Virus record (IMG/VR): IMGVR_UViG_3300016484_001516
Coordinates: 1 to 55,019 of that record
Direction: 5' to 3' (one strand)
DNA length: 55,019 nt
From: a virus
Lineage: Duplodnaviria; Caudoviricetes
Under the pieces are notes generated by a model. That model had not been told where the DNA came from and did no database searches. It saw only the letters and a list, made by a program, of their open reading frames with translations. The number at the start of each line of letters is the position of its first letter. The stretch's first letter is position 1. Shown one piece after another: positions 43,643-53,901 of this stretch. A program made the translations under genes and the position numbers.

Positions 43643-44917
43643 ATGGCAAACAAATTTTCAGATAGAACCCGTATTGTAGAAGGAAATGGGAATATTCTCG
43701 GAACGCCTTCAAATGCCGTTGCAGCACTTGTTGGTCATTTCCCTGCTATTGCAACATCTTCTACGGCTGCGGGACTTGACAATGATACCCCCGTAAAACT
43801 TAGAAGTCTTCGTGAAGCTGAACTATTAGGTTTTTCCAAAGACTTGGATAAAACGGAGGGCGCACTTTTCCACTACCATATTAAGCAGTTTTTTGAGCAA
43901 CATGAGAATGGTACGTTGTGGATTTCGACAGCTAATCCTGTATTAAGTTGGGAAAAACTCGTGAAGAGTGGTAATATGGATTACTTGGAGAAATTGCTTA
44001 CGATTGCAGCACAGGATACTCCTGTTCGATATGTTGGAGTGATTTTTAATCCTGATAGTAACTACTCTCCCTCAACTCAAAACGAATTAGATAGTCAAGT
44101 ATGGATTGTTTTGGAGGAATTACACGCTACTGCTACTGCTTTTTATGAAAATCATATTCCGTTTGTTGCAGTTGTAGAGGGTAGAAGTTTCGGAAAAGTT
44201 TCGAATGCATTAGACCTCTCTACATTGGGCTACGACAGAATTGCTGTTTGCGTTGGTGCTGATTATACCCCTGATTTTCGTACATATTTGAACGGCATTA
44301 CGAATGACAATGTCTTGTATCATGCTGCTGTGGGAACTGCATTAGGCGTGTTGTCGAAAACGCCTGTAAATGTTTCTATGGGATATGTTAGTGCGTATGA
44401 CATTCAGAATACTATTGATGGAAGATTCTTAGCAGTTGGTTTGTCTAGCGGCTTGCCAATTAATGATGGTCTTACAGTGAATTATACAGATGAGGATTTA
44501 TGGCTTCTCGACCAAAAGAAGTATATCTTCATGTATAAGGATGTAGATTCGCCTGGCACTTATATTTCAGATTCTTGGAACTGCACAGACCCAAACAAAA
44601 CCGATTATTCGAATTTGGAACTGCGCAGAACAATGGACGAGGCTCTCATTAGAGGAAGAAAGGCAATTCGCCCCCTCCAAAATATGACAGTTCGCTACAA
44701 TGCCGATGGAACGTTGGAAGATGGAACTTTGGCTTTTGTGAAGGGAGTAGTTGAAAAACCACTTGCCGACATGGTTAAGGAAAAACTCATCTCATTTTTT
44801 GACGTGAAAATTCCTCCCAACCAAAATGTGAAAAGAGATGGGCTAACAATTCAAAGAGCTATTCGCCCTGATGAAACAGCCCGCACAATTACAGACACCG
44901 CTAATTACAGAATCTAA
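43643..44917 (+). CDS. Tail sheath-like protein (DUF2586 type)
   Basis: HYHIKQFF, VVEGR, AAVGTALG, LDQKKYIF, DYSNLELRRTMD. Confidence 0.8.
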   Translation: MANKFSDRTRIVEGNGNILGTPSNAVAALVGHFPAIATSSTAAGLDNDTPVKLRSLREAELLGFSKDLDKTEGALFHYHIKQFFEQHENGTLWISTANPVLSWEKLVKSGNMDYLEKLLTIAAQDTPVRYVGVIFNPDSNYSPSTQNELDSQVWIVLEELHATATAFYENHIPFVAVVEGRSFGKVSNALDLSTLGYDRIAVCVGADYTPDFRTYLNGITNDNVLYHAAVGTALGVLSKTPVNVSMGYVSAYDIQNTIDGRFLAVGLSSGLPINDGLTVNYTDEDLWLLDQKKYIFMYKDVDSPGTYISDSWNCTDPNKTDYSNLELRRTMDEALIRGRKAIRPLQNMTVRYNADGTLEDGTLAFVKGVVEKPLADMVKEKLISFFDVKIPPNQNVKRDGLTIQRAIRPDETARTITDTANYRI

Positions 44918-45369
44918 TGCCTACTAATCAACAATACGTGAACGCCTTTGGCGAGGAGTATGGTTTTGCGCAAGTGAAAGCATATCTATTTGGAGGTTTG
45001 CAGGAGCTTGTAGGTTTCTCAAGCCTGAAATATAGTCACAAGCAAGATATTTCTGCAATCCCAGGTGCGGGAAACAAGAATGTGGCTTGGATGGTAGGCG
45101 GAGAGACCTTTGATGCGAGCGCGAAATTTTCGTTCAAAGAACTCCATGCCGCGCTGATAGCGCAAGGCGTAAACTACGCAAAACTTAGCAACATTCCCGC
45201 TTTTGATATTGTGGTTATTTTAGGAGATGGAATCGAATTGCCTAAGATTAAGCACACTTTGAAAAGCTGCAAATTCATGGAAACGAAATTTGAGTGGACG
45301 GCAGGAATGACTGATAATTCTCAAGAAATTGGGCTATTCATTATGGATATCCTAATCGAAGAAATTTAA
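44917..45369 (+). CDS. Tail tube protein
   Basis: EYGFAQV, LKYS, IPAFDIVV, HTLKSCKF; follows the sheath. Confidence 0.78.
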   Translation: MPTNQQYVNAFGEEYGFAQVKAYLFGGLQELVGFSSLKYSHKQDISAIPGAGNKNVAWMVGGETFDASAKFSFKELHAALIAQGVNYAKLSNIPAFDIVVILGDGIELPKIKHTLKSCKFMETKFEWTAGMTDNSQEIGLFIMDILIEEI

Positions 45370-45404
45370 ATAACGGTAAAAGGATTTTTAAAGCATTTTT
45401 AAAA

Positions 45405-45827
45405 ATGAAAGGCGAAAAGGACGAACAAGCAAAATCAGATAAAGTAACGGAAGAAACTACGAATGTAGAAGAAACCGAAACTCCTGCCAAAGGTACAGCC
45501 ACAGCTGAAGAAATCGAAGCGTGGAAGAAAAAGCACAAAGCTATTTTTTGTATCGAGATAGAAGAGTTTACGCCCGATATGAGTGCAACAGGCAATACCA
45601 TTATTGGCTATTTTCGCTATCCAACACGACTAGATGACGAGGCAACAGCAAACGTTGCTAGAAACAATATAGTAGCAGCAGGAATCGCAAACTACAAACG
45701 TTGTTTCTTAGGTGGCGACCCTCGTTTTGTGGATACTGAAAATAGTTATGCAAATGTTGTATCAACTGCCATGCAGCATTTTTCTACGACCGTACAACCA
45801 AAGAGGGCTATCATAAAAAACTTATAG
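45405..45827 (+). CDS. Tail assembly chaperone (G)
   Basis: EEIEAWKKKH, GYFRYP, CFLGGD; ends in slippery A-AAA-AAC. Confidence 0.8.
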   Translation: MKGEKDEQAKSDKVTEETTNVEETETPAKGTATAEEIEAWKKKHKAIFCIEIEEFTPDMSATGNTIIGYFRYPTRLDDEATANVARNNIVAAGIANYKRCFLGGDPRFVDTENSYANVVSTAMQHFSTTVQPKRAIIKNL

Positions 45828-46015
45828 CGGAGGCTACAATTCCAACTCCGAAAAAAGATGGGGATAGGTTTGAGCTAGACCTCTGCCACATTTCTGCTAT
45901 TATTCATTCCGTTTTCAGAATAGACCCCGACACACTTAGTGACGAAGAATATGCTAAGTTGTGGGCTAGAGCTGATTTTTATTTGAACTTCACACGCCAA
46001 TATCCGCAACTTTGA
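45815..46015 (+). CDS. -1 frameshift extension of the tail chaperone (GT)
   Basis: A AAA AAC at 45815-45821; the -1 frame is open to TGA 46013-46015 and encodes ...FRIDPDTLSDEEYAKLW... Confidence 0.75.
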   Translation, partial: KKLIAEATIPTPKKDGDRFELDLCHISAIIHSVFRIDPDTLSDEEYAKLWARADFYLNFTRQYPQL

Positions 46016-48414
46016 GTACCTACGTTTTAGACTGGATTTTGAAACTACAAGATGGCATCAGCTCTCCTTTGGGAGCTGCTGCTGCCAACGTAAAAAAATT
46101 CGTCAGTGGACTTGGAGGTGCGGGTGATGGAGTGGATAAGTTTGGGGATAGGTTATTCAAGATTAACCAAGCGGCTCAAGCAATTGGGGGAATGCAAAGT
46201 GCGCTCGAAGGCTTCACCGCACAAGGTTCAGCCTTTGAGCAGCAGGTTGCAAATCTTGACGCGCTTACTGACATTCCGAAGTCTAAGATTGACGAACTTG
46301 CGCAATCTGCAAAAAGTCTGAATAAAGAATTTGGAGGAGGTGCGGCAAATAATGTGGAGGCATACAAGAATATTTTGGGCAGGTTGGGTCCTGGTATTGC
46401 GGATAGTCCCGAAGCATTGAATAGCATGGGAAGAAGCGTTTTGACTTTGGCGAAAGCGTCAGGGCTTGACGCAGTTCTGTCAGTTGATGCACTTACTACC
46501 TCCATGCTGCAATTCAATGATGACTTGAGTAATCCCAAAACTGCTGCCGAAATTATGGCGAGTAAGATGAATGTTTTGGCTGCTGCTGCGAAAGTTGGTG
46601 CAGCTGAAGTTCCGCAACTTACGCAAGCCATTAATGTAGCGGGAACTGCTGCTTATAATTCGAATGTTTCTTTTGAAGAAACTACGGCATCTATTGAGGC
46701 ACTTGCGCAAGGTGGGAAGTATGGAGCTGAAGCAGGAACTGCTTTGAGAAATGTTCTTGGAAAGTTAGAAGAAGGCAGATTCCTTCCGAAAACAACCAAA
46801 GAGGAACTCATGGCTGCGGGAGTGAACATGAATGTACTTTCTGACAAGTCTCTTTCTCTTACAGATAGATTACGCGAATTGCAGAAAATACAAGGCGATA
46901 GTGCTTTGGTAACACAAATGTTCGGAACAGAAAATGCAGCCGCAGCGAATGTGCTTCTCCGCAATCTTGATTTCATTGACAGCACAAAAACTTCCATTAC
47001 AGGAACTTCTGTAGCAACGGAACAGGCAGCCATTAACATGGATACATTTAATGGGAAAATGGAACGCATGGCTGCGCGTATGGAAAACTTTTCAATTAGC
47101 GCGTTTAATGCCACCAAGGAAGTTTTACCATTTGCACATGGAATCACGCAAACTGCGCTAAACCTCACGCAAATGCTTCCCGCGATAGAAGCCGCAAGAA
47201 CAGCTTACACTTCGCTTTCTTCGGGAGGTGCTTTTACTTCCTTGTCTAAGATGTTCAGTAGCGTTACAGCATCTGCGAGTACCATGGGCGCAAGTATGTG
47301 GGCAGCGATTGCACCTGTTGCTGTGCCTGTTGGAATTGTAGTTGCAGCTGTCGCAGCCTTGGGCGCGGGAATGTACTACCTTTACAATAGGAGTGAATCT
47401 TTCAGAACGGCAATAGACAACATCGTAAGTAGTGCCTCCGCCATGCTTAGTAGCGTAGTGAACTTTGTGAAGCCCATTCTCATTGATACGGTGAATCTCG
47501 TAATTGACTATTATGAATATCTGTTTGCATTTGTCTCCACAAAAGTAAGTGGTTTTATCAATAGCCCATTTATGAAGGATTTGGTTTCTTTTTGGGTTTA
47601 TGTGGGTGAAGGTATTATGAATGTGGGCAGGAATATTGGCGCGTTTCTAACAGGCGTTTGGAATTTCTTCTCGCAAGGCGTTCCGAAAATTGCAAGAACA
47701 GTAGAAAGTGGAATGTCTTCGGTCTATAATTCTATCGCCTCATGGTTGCACAGAGCAGGAACATTTATTTGGGATAGTTTCATTCAGCCTGTTGTCGGTT
47801 TCTACGTGTATTTGTGGGAAAGAGCTGATGCTGTTTTTGGCGGGATATTATCCTCCATTATGAATGCTTTCTCCTCCGCAGCAAGTTGGATTTATGCCAA
47901 TTTTATCAGTCCTGTAGTACAGGTATTCAGCGTGATAGGAAAAACAATTGACGACATCTTTGGCGGAATTTTTTCTGCCATTTATTCCAAGATTGCAGGA
48001 TTCTTCAATTGGGTAATAGAAAAGTACAATCAGGTCGCAAGCTATTTTGGATTAGATGCTAAGGTTGGGGATTGGAATAAGATTGACATTAAGGACATGG
48101 GGAACAATCCAAGTTCTGCTGCTGCCAATTCTTCCGCTTCTGTTTCGGCAATTGCCGCAATTGCAGCTCCAAAAACGCCTGTCGCAACTGTCAGCCCAAT
48201 GGCAGGAGGTTCGGGAAAAGGTTCTGTTTCTGCTGCCTCCGCCAGCGATGGGAAGGGAACGAGCAAAACAGGAACTGTCATCAATATCAACAATCCAAGT
48301 TTTGCGCAAGGTGCGATTTTCCAAAATACAGGCATGGGCATGAAAGAACTTGAAAGGCTTTTCAATGAATTTTTAGTTTCCTCATCAAACAATGCTAGAT
48401 TATCAAACGACTAA
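46012..48414 (+). CDS. Tape measure protein (TP901 family core)
   Basis: 800 aa, Ala/Gly-rich, GAEAGTALRNVL, QMFGTEN, aromatic repeats; TTG start. Confidence 0.92.
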   Translation: MSTYVLDWILKLQDGISSPLGAAAANVKKFVSGLGGAGDGVDKFGDRLFKINQAAQAIGGMQSALEGFTAQGSAFEQQVANLDALTDIPKSKIDELAQSAKSLNKEFGGGAANNVEAYKNILGRLGPGIADSPEALNSMGRSVLTLAKASGLDAVLSVDALTTSMLQFNDDLSNPKTAAEIMASKMNVLAAAAKVGAAEVPQLTQAINVAGTAAYNSNVSFEETTASIEALAQGGKYGAEAGTALRNVLGKLEEGRFLPKTTKEELMAAGVNMNVLSDKSLSLTDRLRELQKIQGDSALVTQMFGTENAAAANVLLRNLDFIDSTKTSITGTSVATEQAAINMDTFNGKMERMAARMENFSISAFNATKEVLPFAHGITQTALNLTQMLPAIEAARTAYTSLSSGGAFTSLSKMFSSVTASASTMGASMWAAIAPVAVPVGIVVAAVAALGAGMYYLYNRSESFRTAIDNIVSSASAMLSSVVNFVKPILIDTVNLVIDYYEYLFAFVSTKVSGFINSPFMKDLVSFWVYVGEGIMNVGRNIGAFLTGVWNFFSQGVPKIARTVESGMSSVYNSIASWLHRAGTFIWDSFIQPVVGFYVYLWERADAVFGGILSSIMNAFSSAASWIYANFISPVVQVFSVIGKTIDDIFGGIFSAIYSKIAGFFNWVIEKYNQVASYFGLDAKVGDWNKIDIKDMGNNPSSAAANSSASVSAIAAIAAPKTPVATVSPMAGGSGKGSVSAASASDGKGTSKTGTVININNPSFAQGAIFQNTGMGMKELERLFNEFLVSSSNNARLSND

Positions 48415-48416
48415 TT

Positions 48417-49106
48417 ATGCCAACTAATCTTGCACAAATATTTCATTCGCTGTACAACTACACGCCTGTTTATCTCGCTGAGATTATGCAGCCAAATAAG
48501 CAAGCGAATTTGACATGGGACATTGAAACGGAAAATAACAACCATTCCCCTCTTTACGAACCCATAATGCCTGTTTCTCCTGACGATAGAGGCATTACCA
48601 TTCAGGGAGGTATCGAAAAGTGGGAACTTGTAAAACTACCCGAAGGCAAATACCGATTGGCAGATAAGGATTTTGAATTTCCCGAATTCATTTTTCCATC
48701 AACTACTATTGTTTCTCCAAAATTTTCCAACAAGGTTAATATGACTGATATTAATGGAAAAGGTGGCTATAATATTGAGGTTGTCAATTTTGGAGCTGCG
48801 AATGTTTCTTTGAAGGGAATTATTTGGAAAGGTTGTTTTCAGAATAAGGTTGATGAGAGTGGCTATCCTTATGATGAGTTGGCATTATTTCAGAATGCGG
48901 TTTGCGTTCCTTATCCTAGAGAAATAGTGAATGAAAAACTTACCACACTCGGCATATATAGAATCCAAGTGCTTGACTGGGAGTTTCCGCCACTTGATGG
49001 ATTTCCTTTTGTACAGCCTTTCAGTTTGAATGCAGTCGCCTACAATCCTTTGGAGATACTCTCCGAAAACGGGCAGATTAGATTTGTTCAATCAAGATTT
49101 TTATAA
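48417..49106 (+). CDS. Tail tube initiator/DUF6046-like protein
   Basis: Position after TMP; VNMTDINGKGG..IE, VSLKGII, YPYDE, LGIYRI, QPFSL. Confidence 0.65.
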   Translation: MPTNLAQIFHSLYNYTPVYLAEIMQPNKQANLTWDIETENNNHSPLYEPIMPVSPDDRGITIQGGIEKWELVKLPEGKYRLADKDFEFPEFIFPSTTIVSPKFSNKVNMTDINGKGGYNIEVVNFGAANVSLKGIIWKGCFQNKVDESGYPYDELALFQNAVCVPYPREIVNEKLTTLGIYRIQVLDWEFPPLDGFPFVQPFSLNAVAYNPLEILSENGQIRFVQSRFL

Positions 49107-49112
49107 GGAATT

Positions 49113-49832
49113 ATGGCAACAGAATATTTAGATGTATTGGTGGAAGAAAACCAAAACTTGCGAGATGTATGTTTGCAGGTTTATGGCAGCCTAGATTATC
49201 TTCTGAAGTTTGCGCGTGAAAATGGTTTGGGAGATGGCGTGAATGAAAATATTCGTCCTGGACAAAAACTCGTGTATGAAAAACTTTCTCCGCTGAAGGA
49301 TTTCGATGCAGCTTCCGTTCAGCAGATATATAAGGATAGGGATATAAGAGTAGTTACGGGTGAAGTTAATACACGACCAGTGACTGATGGGTGCAATATT
49401 CCCGAAGGTTACGCGCTTCTTTCGCTTCGATTTATAGGGCTTCCAAAACGTGTATTTTATTTATTTCTCACTGCAACTGAATGCCCCCGTATTGAATATG
49501 CTTCGACCTTCGCATTTTATGGCGTTTTCCTTTCTAATCTTTGCCAAGCAGCCTATTTCTTTGCGCAATGGATTAATTCCTATTATGGCAATTTAGGGTT
49601 TTATGCGCAGAATGAAAATGAAGTAGTGAATATATACATTCCAAAATCTTACGCGGATTGCGGTACTCCATTTTTTATGTGCCTTTATTGGGCGGAGGAA
49701 AGGGAGATAGACCCGAATAATGATTTCTCAGGAATTCTTGAATTCGCCAACCCTTTTGAGGCAGGAGGATATACGCGATGTTGCTCTACGCTCACTAATA
49801 TTGATGAAACTTACAACCAATCAACAAAATGA
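49113..49832 (+). CDS. LysM/tail-X-like baseplate protein with C-terminal extension
   Basis: VEENQNLRDVCLQVYGSLD..FARENGL...IRPGQKL. Confidence 0.65.
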   Translation: MATEYLDVLVEENQNLRDVCLQVYGSLDYLLKFARENGLGDGVNENIRPGQKLVYEKLSPLKDFDAASVQQIYKDRDIRVVTGEVNTRPVTDGCNIPEGYALLSLRFIGLPKRVFYLFLTATECPRIEYASTFAFYGVFLSNLCQAAYFFAQWINSYYGNLGFYAQNENEVVNIYIPKSYADCGTPFFMCLYWAEEREIDPNNDFSGILEFANPFEAGGYTRCCSTLTNIDETYNQSTK

Positions 49833-50800
49833 TACTTGACTCGAAAATATCCATTGAAGGTTGCCAACCTTTGTATTTCACAGCAGGTGTGAAAATCAAT
49901 AGGTCATGGCAAACTTTAACAGATACTGCCACAATTGAGTTGCCGCGAAACATTCAAAATTTCTCAGGTGTGGCATTGAAGGATATTTACCGAACAGGTA
50001 AAAAAGTAAAAATTGAGTTGGGGTATAATGGTTCTTATAATGAGGAGTACACAGGTTACATTCGGAAGGTGGCGACTGATATTCCTGTACAGATATATCT
50101 TGACGATGAAATGTATTGGCTGAAGCAAGTGAATTATAGTTGCCATGAAACGAATGGGAATTTGCGGGAGATTATTAATTCCATGATTGCAGCTGTTAAT
50201 GCGAAATTTCCAACTTTACATTTGACTGCGGATATTAGACTTGAAGCGGATTTGGGAACATTGAGATACACGAATAATACGGTTGCGGAAATTTTGAAGG
50301 ATATTCGGGAAAAGAACATGGTCTATTCTTATTTTCGAAATGGCGTATTGATTGTGGGAATGCCTTATCTTTCTTCCATGACGGGCGCAACTCCGCGAAA
50401 AATAGATATTAGAAATTTGCCTTCTCCAAATTTGGAGTATGTGGAGGCGGAGGCGCAAAAACTGAAAGTGAAAATTGTTTCTACGCTTGCAACAGGAAAA
50501 ACGCTTACTCATTCGGAAGGCGAAGATGGCGGAGAAGTAATCGAAATAAAACTGAAGAATGTGAGCGATTTGGCAACCATTCAAAATATTGCCAAATCAG
50601 AATTTGAGAAAAAAAATAAGGCAGGATATACGGGTAGCATTACGGTTTTTGGCAATGATTTTTACCTGCCCTTGGAAGCAATCGAAATCGTAGATTCTTG
50701 GTATCCCGAAAGGCAAGGAATTTACAAAATAGACTCAACAGAAGTGGAGTTTAAAGACACCTTTAAAAGAATTTTAAAACTTGGTAAAAAAGTAAGCTGA
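49829..50800 (+). CDS. Baseplate hub (gpD/Mu gp44-like)
   Basis: SWQTLTDTATIELPR, VKIELGY, GYI, DEMYWLK, YSYFRNG, GYTGSITVFG, GIYKIDS. Confidence 0.82.
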   Translation: MILDSKISIEGCQPLYFTAGVKINRSWQTLTDTATIELPRNIQNFSGVALKDIYRTGKKVKIELGYNGSYNEEYTGYIRKVATDIPVQIYLDDEMYWLKQVNYSCHETNGNLREIINSMIAAVNAKFPTLHLTADIRLEADLGTLRYTNNTVAEILKDIREKNMVYSYFRNGVLIVGMPYLSSMTGATPRKIDIRNLPSPNLEYVEAEAQKLKVKIVSTLATGKTLTHSEGEDGGEVIEIKLKNVSDLATIQNIAKSEFEKKNKAGYTGSITVFGNDFYLPLEAIEIVDSWYPERQGIYKIDSTEVEFKDTFKRILKLGKKVS

Positions 50801-51132
50801 TGTTAGCAGAGGATATTCAATTAGATAAAGATGGCGATTTGGCTGTAACTCCCGATGGCGACTTGGGAGTTGAGTATTCCGATTGGCAGCATGAGCGAGA
50901 CATAAAAATCGGATATCCTGGACATTATGCAAACTTCCCATTTTGTGGATTTGCCATGCGCGAAATGCAAAACATGACCTTGACACGAGAAGAATTAGCG
51001 TTCAGAAGACAAAAGCTAAAATTCCATCTTGAACTTGATGGATTCATTGTTGAAAAATGCGACATCACAAAAGAAGTAAATCAAAATGGAAGGGGAGGAA
51101 TAAGATTCTCAACGAAAATTTATAGACCTTAA
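50800..51132 (+). CDS. Baseplate wedge/sheath initiator (gp25/gp46-like)
   Basis: DIQLDKDGDL...GDL...SDWQH...PG...PFCG...LELDG. Confidence 0.65.
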   Translation: MLAEDIQLDKDGDLAVTPDGDLGVEYSDWQHERDIKIGYPGHYANFPFCGFAMREMQNMTLTREELAFRRQKLKFHLELDGFIVEKCDITKEVNQNGRGGIRFSTKIYRP

Positions 51133-51135
51133 AAA

Positions 51136-51960
51136 ATGGCGGAAACAATAGCACAAATCCAAGCAAAAATAGAAACTGCCAAAAATGCGCAGCCTTCTCT
51201 TAGCGAGTATAATTCGCCTTCCCAAACCTCAAGGTGGAGGTCGTGGATGTACGTATTTGCTTCCATTATAAAAATGGTAGAAGATATGTGGGATGAGTTT
51301 CGTGCAGATGTGGAAGCTTTGATTGAGCAACAGGAATACGGCAGTCTGCCTTGGTATTGTTTCACTGCAAAAAAATTTCAATACAATTCTTCGGTAACTT
51401 ATGAGCTATATTTTGATGATAGTAATAAGCCCAAATATACAAGCATCAACGAAGCTGACCAAATAATTAAGTATGCAGCAGCGGCAGAAGGTGCAATGAA
51501 CCGCATTCTTTTGAAAGTGGCAAAAGATTCGGGCGGAAATCCAACGGCTCTTGACTCGTCAGAACTCACTTCTTTTGAAGCGTACATTCAGCGGGTAAAG
51601 TTTGCGGGCATCCGCATTAAATGTATTTCTGCTGATGCAGATAAAATGAAAGTTTTGGCAGAGATATTTTATTCCCCAATTGCAAATCCTGTACTCATAC
51701 AGCAGCAAGTGGAATCCGCCATTAATAATTATTTTATTTCACTTCCATTCAATGGGGTGATTCATATAGAAAAACTGCGAGATGCGATTCAGATGGTTGT
51801 GGGAGTAGTTGATGTGAAAATTAATTCTGTAGAGGCAGAGGATGCTCAAGGCAACATTGTAACAGTGAATAGGTACTATGTTACCCATTCGGGACACGCT
51901 CGCATTAATTCTATTTTCCCATTAAGCGGAACACTAACGCTCACTCCATCAAATGTATAA
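51136..51960 (+). CDS. Baseplate J-like wedge protein
   Basis: SQTSRWR, GSLPWY, IIKYAA, LKVAK, VKFAG, LPFNG, DAIQMVVGV. Confidence 0.75.
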   Translation: MAETIAQIQAKIETAKNAQPSLSEYNSPSQTSRWRSWMYVFASIIKMVEDMWDEFRADVEALIEQQEYGSLPWYCFTAKKFQYNSSVTYELYFDDSNKPKYTSINEADQIIKYAAAAEGAMNRILLKVAKDSGGNPTALDSSELTSFEAYIQRVKFAGIRIKCISADADKMKVLAEIFYSPIANPVLIQQQVESAINNYFISLPFNGVIHIEKLRDAIQMVVGVVDVKINSVEAEDAQGNIVTVNRYYVTHSGHARINSIFPLSGTLTLTPSNV

Positions 51961-51963
51961 GGT

Positions 51964-52569
51964 ATGCATTATATTGATGTTTTAACACAGATAATAAGAA
52001 TACTTCCTCCGCCTAGGCGTTTGCAGAAAAACATTGCACTCCTGTATTCCTACTTGCGCCCTTTGGATATTCTGCATAATGCGCAAAGCCTTACGCCTAA
52101 GTGGAAATATCCTAATTGTGGAAATGGAGTTGTATCTTTTTTGGCGTACAGGCTGTATATTTTTTTGACTGTAAGTTGGAATGGACAGACGATTGTTTTG
52201 GAGAGGCTACTCAACCTTTGGTACTTTGGGTATTTCAATCCTAGCGAAGCTGTAGGGAATGTGGGCTATTACATTTACATTCAAGATAAGACAGGTGGCG
52301 TAGATGTGAAGGCTATTTATCAGCAGTCGGAAGGCATTACTTTGCCCTTATATCAGAAGAGCGAATATACAGCCTCTCCTGCGCCTCCACCAAATGCCAA
52401 TAATGGAAACGCTGGTCCACAGTATCTGTATCAGGAGGAGGAATTTTACAACTCGGATAGATTCATTGTTAATGTGCCATCTTGGTTTTCATTCACACAA
52501 TCCGAAATGGAAGGATTGATTGATAAATACAAAGTTGCAGGAGTTCAATACGAAATAAAATATTACTAA
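51964..52569 (+). CDS. Baseplate I/gp48-like protein
   Basis: LPPPRR, NGQTIVLERLLN, FIVNVP, IDKYKVAG. Confidence 0.7.
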   Translation: MHYIDVLTQIIRILPPPRRLQKNIALLYSYLRPLDILHNAQSLTPKWKYPNCGNGVVSFLAYRLYIFLTVSWNGQTIVLERLLNLWYFGYFNPSEAVGNVGYYIYIQDKTGGVDVKAIYQQSEGITLPLYQKSEYTASPAPPPNANNGNAGPQYLYQEEEFYNSDRFIVNVPSWFSFTQSEMEGLIDKYKVAGVQYEIKYY

Positions 52570-52571
52570 AA

Positions 52572-53546
52572 ATGAATAAAATTGATTGGTCAAAGCAAGG
52601 AGGTTATCCCCTCATTCAGAATACAATGAATTTTCATCAATCTGATTATATTAGGTTGATGTATGGCTTTGCTCGCGCAATGCAACTTAGTAATATCTCC
52701 TCTGTTTGCATTCTAAGCGGATGTACAATCTCTTATCCTGCGGTTGGTTTTGTCGCAATAAGCGAAGGTTTAATTTCTTGGACAGATGGAGAACCCTTGT
52801 ATGTGCAAGCAACTCCCTCCCCCTTACCCGCGAATGTTCCGTTGTATTTTGAGCGCGTTGTAATTTCAGACCCCATTCTTGACCCAACTCAGATGGAAGA
52901 TGGAATGAACTCCTATAATCTCCATCAAAATAGGTATGCAAGAATTACAACTACTGCTGGAGCTAATACAGCCCCTTTAGAATCACAATTATCATTTTCT
53001 GCAATGGTAAGAAATGAGAGTATGCCCTTGGCAAGTATCATTAATTTTGCGGGTAATACGCCTCCCGCGAATTGGCTAAAATGTGAAGGTCAGACGCTCA
53101 ATTATCTTATCAATACGGAATATACCGCCTTATATAATATCATCGGTACTACCTACGGTGCGGGCAGTACAGGCGAATTTAAGTTGCCTGACTTGCGCGA
53201 CAGATTTGCTAGAGGTGCGAATAGCAATTTGGGGACAACAGGAGGTAATTCACAAGTATCCCTTAATGTAGGTAATTTGCCCGCACATAATCACTCTATT
53301 AGTGATAGCGGAGAACACTATCACAGCAACAATGATATGGGACAAAATAATGACATTGCAAACGGTAACGCTTCTGGGCATAATACGGGGAATACTTCTA
53401 TTGATTTTGGATTTGTTCCGTTAGCCCCTACAGGTTTAGCGGGAAATCATAATCATGGCGGTTTTACAGGTTCTACGGGTAATAATGACCCTGTTAATAT
53501 TATCAATCCTTATCTAGCATTAAGTTATATCATTAGAGTTTTATAG
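52572..53546 (+). CDS. Tail fibre with phage tail collar domain
   Basis: GGYPL N-terminus; PLASIINFAG..PPANWLKCEGQ...LYNIIGTTYG...FKLPDLR; LPAHNH; PYLALSYIIR. Confidence 0.88.
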   Translation: MNKIDWSKQGGYPLIQNTMNFHQSDYIRLMYGFARAMQLSNISSVCILSGCTISYPAVGFVAISEGLISWTDGEPLYVQATPSPLPANVPLYFERVVISDPILDPTQMEDGMNSYNLHQNRYARITTTAGANTAPLESQLSFSAMVRNESMPLASIINFAGNTPPANWLKCEGQTLNYLINTEYTALYNIIGTTYGAGSTGEFKLPDLRDRFARGANSNLGTTGGNSQVSLNVGNLPAHNHSISDSGEHYHSNNDMGQNNDIANGNASGHNTGNTSIDFGFVPLAPTGLAGNHNHGGFTGSTGNNDPVNIINPYLALSYIIRVL

Positions 53547-53583
53547 TTTCTTATAATTAATTTCCCATCTTAATTTATCACTT

Positions 53584-53841
53584 ATGAAAGTTTCAGAAGC
53601 ATTGATTCCGCAATCTTCAACTTTGATTACGCTTCAAAGTCAGTTGAATGGAATCCAAAAACAACTTAATGCATTATGCCTTCGCTCTGCGGAGCAAGAA
53701 AATCTAACGGCAGTCAAATTACAGGAATTAGGCAAGCGCGTTAGTGAAATTCAAGTTGCGTTGTCCCCAAATGCGGGTTCAGCCGATTTCAGTCAAGTTA
53801 CAGAAGACTCTGCCCGCGAATGGGCTAGTGCTACGGCATAA
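53584..53841 (+). CDS. Hypothetical coiled-coil protein
   Basis: 85 aa upstream of the methyltransferase. Confidence 0.5.
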   Translation: MKVSEALIPQSSTLITLQSQLNGIQKQLNALCLRSAEQENLTAVKLQELGKRVSEIQVALSPNAGSADFSQVTEDSAREWASATA

Positions 53842-53901
53842 TGTTTAATTGTGAATGGTCTTACTCCCATCAAGACCATTCGCACCTTATTTCTATCACT
53901 T

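Noticed and set aside
46106-48392. Long antisense and alternative-frame ORFs within the tape measure and other large genes
   Set aside because: Typical shadows of Ala/Gly-rich codons, with no leaders or motifs
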